DNA of 37,339 nucleotides from an uncultured Clostridia bacterium (GTDB lineage Bacteria; Bacillota; Clostridia; Christensenellales; UBA1242): NCBI GenBank assembly GCA_944376495.1, contig CALWCW010000086.1, positions 1 to 37,339 of the forward strand, read 5' to 3'. Shown piece by piece: positions 1 to 7,584 of this stretch (position 1 is its first letter; each line of letters starts with the position of its first letter). The notes under the pieces were generated by a model. It saw only the letters and a program-made list of their open reading frames with translations, ran no database searches and was not told where the DNA came from. The position numbers and the translations under genes were made by a program.

Positions 1-1
1 T

Positions 2-235
2 ATTGATGTTGACAATTATCAAGGCATTATTCAAATCAAAGCATTATTTGCTGACAGGATTGAATGGTATTTAGATGAGAAAAAAATAAAAACAAACTAT
101 AATACCGCTGGTCTATTCACAACTGAATTGAAAGTAAAAAACTTAATCGGTAAATACTTAAAATTCAAACTTATCGGCATAGGCGGAGAAACAATCTCAA
201 AATACTTTGAAATTTTGTCACAGGAGGTGCTATAA
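2..235 (+). CDS. 3' end of a hypothetical protein (5'-truncated by the window)
   Basis: Open frame IDVDNYQGIIQIKALFADRIEWYL...GGETISKYFEILSQEVL* from base 2. Its TAA (233-235) overlaps the next ATG (TAATG). Confidence 0.7.
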   Translation: MDVDNYQGIIQIKALFADRIEWYLDEKKIKTNYNTAGLFTTELKVKNLIGKYLKFKLIGIGGETISKYFEILSQEVL

Positions 236-531
236 TGGGTATGTGTAAACCGAGTGGCGGAATCAGCAATCAGATAGGTAGGATAGGCGACTTGAAAACT
301 ACTGGGAAACCAAACACCAGAATAGATTTATATAACAAAGATGGTAAACTCATACAGCAAAGATGGTATGGTCCAGACGGTAATGCAATATGGGACCGAG
401 ATTGGGCACATGGAAGCGGAGAACATGAATGGCCACACGATCATAGTTGGGATTGGACAAATCCACTGCATCCCGTTAGACTATCATATGAAGATGTGAA
501 TGGAAACAAAACTAATCCAAATTATTGTTAA
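235..531 (+). CDS. Standalone polymorphic-toxin-like domain (Ntox24-like predicted RNase)
   Basis: Motif QQRWYGPDGNAIWDRDWAHG...HEWPHDHSWDW matches the RxYGxDG..D.D..HG..H..PHxHxW pattern of toxin-24 tips. RBS GGAGGTG at 223-229. Confidence 0.65.
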   Translation: MGMCKPSGGISNQIGRIGDLKTTGKPNTRIDLYNKDGKLIQQRWYGPDGNAIWDRDWAHGSGEHEWPHDHSWDWTNPLHPVRLSYEDVNGNKTNPNYC

Positions 532-542
532 TAGGAGAAAAT

Positions 543-1010
543 ATGGAAAATAAAAGTATTTATGAAGAAATTTTTGAAAAGCCATGTTCAGTTTGTGGGG
601 AAAAAATAAAAAAAGATATTTATGAACAAGGTGATTGTCCATATTGCAAATGGAAAAATAATCATTTTGCAGATATCAATCCAAATATTGTATTGTATCC
701 TAACCTAATCTCACTGAACAAAGCGAAAAAACTTTATAGTGAAGGTAAGCCTTTTGAACCTGATTTAGACGAATTTATGGAAGCATTGCATAGTTATAGC
801 GAAATGCAGTTTGAATATAACGGCGCTTATTATGCTGTTGAGCTTGTGTATGATAAAAACAAGAAACTTGTAATTAGTCTTTATAATTCACAAACAAAGG
901 AAAGCACTATCTTTAACGAAGATGAAGATTTTAAAAATAATGCAAAAGTTGAAGGTAAACTTTTACAAGATATATGGAACGATACAACTGATAGATATTG
1001 GTTGCAATAA
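543..1010 (+). CDS. Putative immunity protein: CPCC-like Zn-ribbon plus acidic C-terminal domain
   Basis: CSVC...CPYCKW...SLNKAK N-terminus. Start moved to ATG 543, behind AGGAG. Lies directly after the toxin-like ORF. Confidence 0.55.
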   Translation: MENKSIYEEIFEKPCSVCGEKIKKDIYEQGDCPYCKWKNNHFADINPNIVLYPNLISLNKAKKLYSEGKPFEPDLDEFMEALHSYSEMQFEYNGAYYAVELVYDKNKKLVISLYNSQTKESTIFNEDEDFKNNAKVEGKLLQDIWNDTTDRYWLQ

Positions 1011-1020
1011 AAGGATAAAA

Positions 1021-1476
1021 ATGGGAAAAACTAAAAGAATAGTAAAATGTGATGTTTGCAAAAACATGATTGAAATAGATCAATATGGGAATAGTAATGC
1101 TTGCGCTAATTGTGGTTGGTTACAATCAGAAGAATCTTATCAACATCCAAATATTCCCGGCATAAGAAACATTCCATCTTTGAATAATGCTATAAAACAA
1201 TATAATAATGGGGTGTCTACCACATTAGCAAATTTCAATGATTTTATTGAAACATATAACAATTATGGAGAAGTCGAATTTACTCTGAATAACACAAGGT
1301 ATGGTGTTTTATATGACGATGATAATAAAAAAATAGCATTATTAAATATACAAGCAAATGAAAAACAATTATTCAATGATATACATGATTTTAAACAGAA
1401 TGCAAAAATAAATGGCAAACTATTAAAAGACTTATGGGATAATGTAACCGCAACTGATTTTTTGCAAGAAACTTAA
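1021..1476 (+). CDS. Putative immunity protein, paralog of 543..1010
   Basis: CDVC...CANCGW...SLNNAIK and EVEF...DFKQNAKINGKLLKDLW align with the previous ORF (EMQF...DFKNNAKVEGKLLQDIW). Start moved to ATG 1021, behind AAGGA. Confidence 0.55.
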   Translation: MGKTKRIVKCDVCKNMIEIDQYGNSNACANCGWLQSEESYQHPNIPGIRNIPSLNNAIKQYNNGVSTTLANFNDFIETYNNYGEVEFTLNNTRYGVLYDDDNKKIALLNIQANEKQLFNDIHDFKQNAKINGKLLKDLWDNVTATDFLQET

Positions 1477-1570
1477 TATAAACATTAAATTCATTTTCTT
1501 TTTATAGTGGCTGGATGATGTATCCAGAAAGTCTAATAAAAAACACTACACCGTTTGGAGGTTGGATTAA

Positions 1571-2056
1571 ATGAAAAAATACGATTTAATAAGTTTAAAA
1601 AACGAATCACCATATAAAAAATATGGTATAGAAAAAAATTTACACGGAATAATTATTGATATCTTGCAAAATCATATTCAAGTGCTATTTTTTAACCCAC
1701 GCAATAATGATGAAATTACTTTACTTTATGTAAATAAAAGCGATATATATCTGGATAAAGAAATGTTGCCAGAAAATATTAAAATCGAATTAGAGAAAAA
1801 CATTGATAAATTAAAAACAAAGGAAAATTCCATTTTTACAACACCAAAATTTAAATTGTTTGATAAAGTCGAATTGATAGTGGATAAAGAAAAATATTCT
1901 AAATTTGGATTGCACAATGGAGAAATTGGATTTGTTATAGATGATGTTGTGATTAGTGGTAATATTGAAATTGACTTCCCTGATTTAGACGAAAATAACG
2001 AATTTTATGGTGAAACTTTTTCTATCAACATCGACGACTTAAAAATTGTAAAATAA
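1571..2056 (+). CDS. Hypothetical protein with two tandem DUF4926-like (SH3-like) repeats
   Basis: Halves align: KKYDLISL..YKKYGIEKNLHGIII vs KLFDKVEL..YSKFGLHNGEIGFVI. RBS GGAGG upstream. Confidence 0.5.
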   Translation: MKKYDLISLKNESPYKKYGIEKNLHGIIIDILQNHIQVLFFNPRNNDEITLLYVNKSDIYLDKEMLPENIKIELEKNIDKLKTKENSIFTTPKFKLFDKVELIVDKEKYSKFGLHNGEIGFVIDDVVISGNIEIDFPDLDENNEFYGETFSINIDDLKIVK

Positions 2057-2079
2057 GCATATCACCCGATATGCTTTTT
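2055..2079 (+). terminator. Intrinsic terminator
   Basis: aagcatatc-accc-gatatgctt perfect stem followed by a T tract. Confidence 0.8.
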
Positions 2080-2092
2080 CTTATAAGAATAA

Positions 2093-2185
2093 GGCTTACA
2101 TAAATGAGCAATAGTTTATATCGCAATTGACTATGCAGTCTCAAATTCAATTCTTGTCAATTTTACTGGCATAGACAAAAATGGT
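2093..2185 (+). pseudogene. Decayed fragment of a paralog of the DUF4926-like repeat
   Basis: Translates GLHK*AIVYIAIDYAVSNSILVNFTGIDKNG, which aligns without gaps to GLHNGEIGFVIDDVVISGNIEIDFPDLDENN of 1571..2056. Confidence 0.5.
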
Positions 2186-2213
2186 GTTATCAAAAAATGT
2201 AAATGTTTTTTGC

Positions 2214-2242
2214 TTGTTTTTCTATTCATAAAATGATATAAT
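2214..2242 (+). promoter_or_regulatory. SigA-type promoter of the methyltransferase-rSAM operon
   Basis: TTGTTT-17 bp-TATAAT with extended -10 (TGaTATAAT). Confidence 0.6.
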
Positions 2243-2260
2243 AAAACTAAAGAGGGAAAA

Positions 2261-3136
2261 ATGGCAAAATATATAAATGAAGAGAATTTAAAATTGTTAG
2301 ATGAAATTGTAAACTCACAAAAATTTCAAGCAATTGGTGAGCATAATTCGATTATAAAACAAGTGAAAGGGATTATTTCAAACACAAAACCAAATCCCGA
2401 AAAATTGTTTATAGCAGAAGGAATTTGGGCTCAACAAAAAATTTTGGAAACTAACACCAAAATTCAAAGTTTAATTATTTGTCCAGAGTATATTTTTACA
2501 AATGAAGCAGTGATGATTGTTAAACAATTATCAACTCTAACCGATAATTTATTTATTATTTCATCAAAGACATTTGACAAAATTTCGGAAAGAGATAAAC
2601 CAGACGGAATACTTTCTGTCGCTTACCTCCCTAGATTTTCTTTAGAAAATTTTAAATTAAATAAAAAAAGCATTATTTTGATACTTGACGGAATTGAAAT
2701 TCCAGGGAATATAGGAACGATGTTAAGAGTTTGCGATGGTGCTGGAGTTGATGCAGTTTTTATATGTAATAGAAAAGCAAGACTCTCCCACCCTAAATTA
2801 ATAAAAGGAAGTATGGGAGCCGTTTTAACCGTTCCTATTGTAGAGTTTGTTAATGTAGAGGAATGTTATAATTATCTTCATAAAAATAAATTCAAAATTT
2901 ATCTGGCGGACACTCGAGCCGAAAAAAATTACTTTGAAGAAGAATATCAAGATAGAACTGCCTTTGTTATGGGAAGTGAACGCTATGGTATTTCTCGTGA
3001 ATGGTATAATTATGATTGCGGGCTTATTTCATTGCCAATGCTAGGAAAATGTGACTCATTAAATGTAGGAGTGGCTGCAACAGTGTTAATTTATGATGCC
3101 ACAATGAAAATCAAGTTAGGAGCAAAACATGTTTAA
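2261..3136 (+). CDS. TrmH/SpoU-family RNA 2'-O-methyltransferase
   Basis: SPOUT motifs LDGIEIPGNIGTMLR, MGSERYGIS and SLNVGVAA, plus an N-terminal substrate-binding region (FIAEG). Confidence 0.9.
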   Translation: MAKYINEENLKLLDEIVNSQKFQAIGEHNSIIKQVKGIISNTKPNPEKLFIAEGIWAQQKILETNTKIQSLIICPEYIFTNEAVMIVKQLSTLTDNLFIISSKTFDKISERDKPDGILSVAYLPRFSLENFKLNKKSIILILDGIEIPGNIGTMLRVCDGAGVDAVFICNRKARLSHPKLIKGSMGAVLTVPIVEFVNVEECYNYLHKNKFKIYLADTRAEKNYFEEEYQDRTAFVMGSERYGISREWYNYDCGLISLPMLGKCDSLNVGVAATVLIYDATMKIKLGAKHV

Positions 3137-4346
3137 AATAGGTAAATATATTCTTCCTTATAAAATAGATGATAAAACACTTCTTTATAATACAATTAAT
3201 GGAGCTATTGTTGAAATTGAAAATGATCAAATTACTAATAATGAAATAATAAACTTAAATGATAACGAAGAAAAAGAATTGCTAAAAATGGGTTTTAATA
3301 AAGAATTTACTTTAGAAGAGTTAGAAAATTTATATCAATCTCCTCAACATATTATGAATTTAATTATTGAACTTACAAAAAACTGCAACTTACGCTGTGC
3401 ATATTGTTATCAAAGAGAATGGGAAACTGACAAAAAAACAGTTATTTCAGATGAAATCATTGAAAAAATTTGCAATCTCTGCAAAATAATTTCAAATAAA
3501 GATATAAATATTATAACTTTATCATTTATTGGTGTTGAACTTATATTATAAATAGATAAAATGATTACTATTTATAATAAAATAAAAAAAGTAAGCGATG
3601 AAAAAAATATTAAACTATATGTATATATAGATACAAATGGGACAATTTTTTCTGATAAATTAAAAGAAATAAAAAATTTATTTATTAATATTACTGTATC
3701 TTGTCCTGAAGATCATAATAAATTACGAAATTATATTACTTATAAAGATTGTTATACACAGGTAATTGAAAATATATTAAAAATTGAAAAAGAAATTAAA
3801 AATGCAAAACTATCTTTAAGATATAACGTGCATAATAAAAATATTAACGATTTAGAAAAACATATAAAATCACTTATATCAAAAGGAATAAGTTCTAGGG
3901 AAATGGATTTGGCTTACACCGTATCCCATAACGAATTTATTAATACTCTTTCAAAGTCTGATTACTATAAATGGCTATATGATGACGCATATAAAATCTT
4001 AAAAAAGTACAAATTCTCCATTAGGTATTTCCCTGTTTATAGTTTTTACCCATGTAGTGCTTATTCTAAAAATAGTTTCAAAGTCCATTGTGATGGTAAA
4101 ATAAGTTTATGTGACTCATGGGATATAAAAAAATCAAAATTTTCAATTGATGATGTAATTAAAAATCCGGATATGTTTTTTGACTTTTATAAAAACATAA
4201 AATATTTTACACCTATTAAAAATAAAAAATGTCAAAATTGTAAATTTTTACTCCTTTGTGGAGGATTGCGTTTTTGTGATAAAAATCCTTGTGAAAAATT
4301 TAATTATTTAAATCTATTGCTTTCAAGTTTTAAAAATTGCAATTAA
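3129..4346 (+). pseudogene. Radical SAM/SPASM peptide maturase interrupted by an in-frame TAA (ORFs 3129..3551 and 3561..4346)
   Basis: CNLRCAYC, TNG, and SPASM-type CSAY..DGKISLC and CQNC..LCGG..C..C. The N-terminal LLYNTING region is typical of peptide-modifying rSAMs. Both ORFs are in the same frame, separated by one stop at 3549-3551. Confidence 0.8.
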
Positions 4347-4350
4347 TTAA

Positions 4351-4379
4351 TTGACTTTTTTAATAAATAGCCTTATAAT
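4351..4379 (+). promoter_or_regulatory. Near-consensus SigA promoter for the precursor peptide
   Basis: TTGACT(4351-4356)-17 bp-TATAAT(4374-4379), then AAGGAGGAG RBS at 4388-4396. Confidence 0.75.
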
Positions 4380-4397
4380 TATAATTAAAGGAGGAGT

Positions 4398-4589
4398 ATG
4401 ATGAAAATTTTAAAAAATCCAAATATAACTATCTTTTCTGGATGTTATACACCATGCCAACAAGGTAGTAGTGGCGGAAACAAAATACTCAAGCCACAAA
4501 CAAATGATAAAAATATTATAATAGCTGGATGTTATACACCATGCCAACAGGGTAGCAGTGGCGGAAACAAACAGTTAGAAGTATGCTAA
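4398..4589 (+). CDS. Putative RiPP precursor peptide with two identical Cys-containing cores
   Basis: GCYTPCQQGSSGGNK occurs twice. Strong RBS (ATG 4401 has the better spacing). Directly downstream of the rSAM/SPASM gene. Confidence 0.8.
   Translation: MMKILKNPNITIFSGCYTPCQQGSSGGNKILKPQTNDKNIIIAGCYTPCQQGSSGGNKQLEVC
4438..4571 (+). repeat. 47-bp direct repeat (4438-4484 and 4525-4571), period 87 bp
   Basis: 45/47 identical; both differences are synonymous (CAA/CAG, AGT/AGC). Confidence 0.95.
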
Positions 4590-4607
4590 ATTGATTAAAA
4601 ATAATTA

Positions 4608-4648
4608 CTTTATAAAAAACATCTCGTGAAGAGATGTTTTTTATAAAG
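4608..4648. terminator. Bidirectional intrinsic terminator
   Basis: Perfect 18-bp inverted repeat ctttataaaaaacatctc-gtgaa-gagatgttttttataaag between convergent genes. Confidence 0.85.
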
Positions 4649-4679
4649 CAAAATATATTTTTATTATAAATGCATTTAA

Positions 4680-6080
4680 TTACTTAAAAAATGCTCTGAA
4701 TGCCTCAAAGGCACTATATAAATCGGCCTTTGAAATTAATTCATAAGGTGCGTGCATTGATATTACAGGAACTCCTATATCTATTGTATCTATATTTAGT
4801 TCTGCAATAAATTTAGCAACAGTTCCTCCACCGCCAATGTCAACCTTTCCTAGTTCCGCAGTTTGCCAAACAACATTATTTTCTGCAAAAATCTGTCTTA
4901 TTTTCCCAACGAGTTCTGCTGATGCATCATTAGAATCGCTTTTACCACCAGCGCCTGAAAATTTGTTCATACAAACTCCGCATGAAAGAATAGCAGAATT
5001 ATTCTTCTCAAACACGTCAGGGAAATTTGAATCATATCCGCTTGTTACATCCGCAGATATACAAATTGAGTTTTTTCTAACTTTTTTAGCATTTTTTCCT
5101 AAAATTTGACAAATATCTTCAATAATATCTTCAAAAACCTTTGATTTGATACCTGTCGTTCCTTCGCTTCCTATTTCTTCTTTGTCAACCAATATGCAAA
5201 TATTTGTGTTAATATCATTCTCTTGCTCTAGCATCGCAATCATTGCAGGATATGCACAAGACCTATCATCATGACCATAACCGCCTATCAATGCCCTATC
5301 AAAACCAACATCTCTTGCCTTTAATGCGGGAACGGCGGAAAGTTCAGCACTTAAAAAATCTTCTTCGGTCATTCCATATTTTGCATTTAAAATATTTAAA
5401 ATATTGTTTTTTATCTTATTACCGTTTTCGCCTTCTTTAACAGTCATCCCCCCTACCACGACATTTAGTTGTTCACCGCTTATGAATACATTTGCTTTTT
5501 GCTCCATTTGACTTTTACCTAAATGCGGAAGAAGGTCATTAATATAAAACACTGGGTCGTCATCTTTTTCTCCAATATTAATTTCTATCTTATCTCCATT
5601 TTTTACTATTACGACACCATGTAAAGCAAGAGGCATGGCTGTCCATTGATATTTTTTTATTCCACCATAATAATGTGTCTTTAAGAAACACAATCCATCA
5701 CTTTCATAAAGTGGAACTTGTTTTATATCAATGCGTGGAGAATCTATATGAGCGACAATAATTCGCATACCAATCTCTTCAATATCACCTTTTCCAATTC
5801 TAAAAGCGACCACGCCTTTGTTTCTGTTGATAAAAATTCTTTTATCGCCAATAGTCAACTTATCTCCAAAATCATAATCTTTAAAACCATTTTGTTTAGC
5901 CATTTTGTAAAAACTGTCTGTAATTTCACGTTCTGTTTTGTTTTCATTTATAAAAGTCATATATTTTTGTGCAAAATTAAACATTTCTTGTTTTGTTTTT
6001 TCGTCAACAAGTTCATAATAATTTTTCTTTACATAACTAAAATCCTTTATTTCTTTATTATTTTTCTCAATATTTTCCAT
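4680..6080 (-). CDS. apeA: M18-family aminopeptidase
   Basis: AHIDSPR, YYGGIKKYQW, DDRSC, DKEEIGS and SMHAPYE metal-binding motifs. Confidence 0.88.
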   Translation of the reverse strand: MENIEKNNKEIKDFSYVKKNYYELVDEKTKQEMFNFAQKYMTFINENKTEREITDSFYKMAKQNGFKDYDFGDKLTIGDKRIFINRNKGVVAFRIGKGDIEEIGMRIIVAHIDSPRIDIKQVPLYESDGLCFLKTHYYGGIKKYQWTAMPLALHGVVIVKNGDKIEINIGEKDDDPVFYINDLLPHLGKSQMEQKANVFISGEQLNVVVGGMTVKEGENGNKIKNNILNILNAKYGMTEEDFLSAELSAVPALKARDVGFDRALIGGYGHDDRSCAYPAMIAMLEQENDINTNICILVDKEEIGSEGTTGIKSKVFEDIIEDICQILGKNAKKVRKNSICISADVTSGYDSNFPDVFEKNNSAILSCGVCMNKFSGAGGKSDSNDASAELVGKIRQIFAENNVVWQTAELGKVDIGGGGTVAKFIAELNIDTIDIGVPVISMHAPYELISKADLYSAFEAFRAFFK

Positions 6081-6187
6081 ATATTCTCCTTTTCTTTATT
6101 TTATTAATTAACCTATTTTTTGTCAAACATAAAGTTAAAATTCGCAAAAAACTTAAAAAATAAACACATTTTGTTCACAAATTACTT

Positions 6188-6235
6188 AAAAAAAGCGTAA
6201 AAATTTAAAAAATTTCTAACTTTTACGCAGTTTTT
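6188..6235 (-). terminator. Probable terminator after rubrerythrin
   Basis: gcgtaaaa...ttttacgc inverted repeat followed by a T tract on the minus strand. Confidence 0.55.
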
Positions 6236-6242
6236 AAATAAA

Positions 6243-6839
6243 TTAAAAATATAAATCTTCTGGCAAGACAACATCGCAATAACCTTGTTTTGCTTGACAA
6301 AGAGGACATTCTTCCCATGCTTCTTTGTCAAAACTTACATATCCGCAGGCTGGACATATCCATGCAACTTTCTTTGCCTTTTTATAAACTTGTTTGTCTT
6401 TAAATTGTTTATATAACTCCTCAAAAACTTTTGCATGACGAATTTCAACGTCTTTAATCATGCTAAATGTCTTTGCAATATCTTCAAAGCCTTCTTCTAT
6501 TGCAGTTCTTTGAAACTCATCATATGCCTTCGCTTCGTCTAACTCATCTTCGCACAAAAGTTTCAAATTGTTTAACAAATCCCATTTTTCTTTAAAAGGA
6601 TAACCAGCACAAACATCTATATTATCAATTTGTTTTAATTCTGCATCTTGTAAATGTGTATAAAGCACTCTGGCGTGATTAAATTCTTGATAAGCAATTC
6701 TATCAATTAAGGTTGCTATTGCCTCATATCCATTATATCGAAACCCATACTCACAAAATTCATATCGAGTTCTTGCTGAACACTCTGCTGTAAATGCTCT
6801 TGCTAAGTTTATATACGTTTTACTATCTTTTAACTTCAT
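6243..6839 (-). CDS. rbr: Rubrerythrin family protein
   Basis: NLARAFTAECSARTRY, ExxH pairs (QEFNH, VEIRH), C-terminal CPAC...CPLC rubredoxin-like domain. Confidence 0.88.
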   Translation of the reverse strand: MKLKDSKTYINLARAFTAECSARTRYEFCEYGFRYNGYEAIATLIDRIAYQEFNHARVLYTHLQDAELKQIDNIDVCAGYPFKEKWDLLNNLKLLCEDELDEAKAYDEFQRTAIEEGFEDIAKTFSMIKDVEIRHAKVFEELYKQFKDKQVYKKAKKVAWICPACGYVSFDKEAWEECPLCQAKQGYCDVVLPEDLYF

Positions 6840-6910
6840 TTTTATTCCTCCATGCTTAAAGTATGTTTAATTTTTGTTTTATTATTCAAATTTTTGTTTT
6901 TTATTTAAAA

Positions 6911-7004
6911 GAGCTAGGAAGCCCCCGTTTTTACAATGTAAAAATGGGAAAATGCAACCAGGTTGCATTTTTACAAGCCCAAAAGGGCTTGTGCTTCCTA
7001 GCTC
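6911..7004. other. Unassigned 94-nt four-way-junction palindromic element
   Basis: A 12-bp closing stem (6911-6922/6993-7004) encloses three hairpins (6924-6948, 6949-6971, 6973-6992). Much GC-richer than its flanks. Confidence 0.7.
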
Positions 7005-7200
7005 ACCTAAACAATAAATCTATTTCAAACAATTTTTTATATTTGATAATCATTCATCACATTATAAAAATAAATTAAATTTTAACAAAATTTTAAAAAT
7101 TTTCTCTTATTTTGATAAAAAAGGTCACATTTTGCATAATTTTTCGTAAAATGATTGACATAATAACATAAATGATGTAATAATAATCAAAGGAGTTTTT

Positions 7201-7584
7201 ATGATAAGTTTATCAAAATTTTCATCTTGGCTTGAAAACGGCTTAAAAACAATGTCACAAGAAAAAGCATATTGTCTAAACTTATTTGATGACGATGATG
7301 AGCTTACTTGTGAACTTGTTGGCACGAATGAATTACATAAAGAAGATGATGACTGGTATTTTGATGAAACAAAAGTATATGGTAGAGAAAAACCTCTTTT
7401 AATATGCTTAACCGATAATGAAAACAATTTTGAATCCATAATGAAAAAGTTTACAGCACTATTAGATAAAGTTGTCCGTAGTAATAAAGTAATTCAAAAT
7501 TTATTAAATAAAAAACCTTTTGCATATGGCTTCATTGATGGAAAATTAACTTTTATTGAACCTAATGAAAACGAACTTGTATAA
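7201..7584 (+). CDS. Acidic hypothetical protein
   Basis: 127-aa ORF with AAGGAG RBS and a downstream terminator. Confidence 0.75.
   Translation: MISLSKFSSWLENGLKTMSQEKAYCLNLFDDDDELTCELVGTNELHKEDDDWYFDETKVYGREKPLLICLTDNENNFESIMKKFTALLDKVVRSNKVIQNLLNKKPFAYGFIDGKLTFIEPNENELV

Noticed and set aside
922-1020. N-terminal extension of ORF 922..1476 (similarly 525, 9454, 10455, 18251)
   Set aside because: Overlaps neighbouring genes or promoters; downstream ATGs have better RBS or promoter context.
1505-1548. Small hairpin ctggat-gatgt-atccag as an attC-like cassette site
   Set aside because: Short stem, not repeated between the other small genes, and no integron integrase visible.
3549-3551. Programmed readthrough or Sec/Pyl recoding of the rSAM stop
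   Set aside because: The stop is TAA, not TGA or TAG, and TAA is the usual stop in this window.
4438-4571. Direct repeats as a mini CRISPR array
   Set aside because: Only two copies, in frame, synonymous differences, and no cas genes; better explained as peptide cores.
6911-7004. tRNA or NiCo riboswitch call for the cloverleaf
   Set aside because: No D/T-loop consensus, anticodon loop or CCA, and I cannot see the conserved NiCo junction residues.
6863-7078. 71-aa plus-strand ORF
   Set aside because: No RBS, low-complexity ends, and it merely spans the palindromic element.
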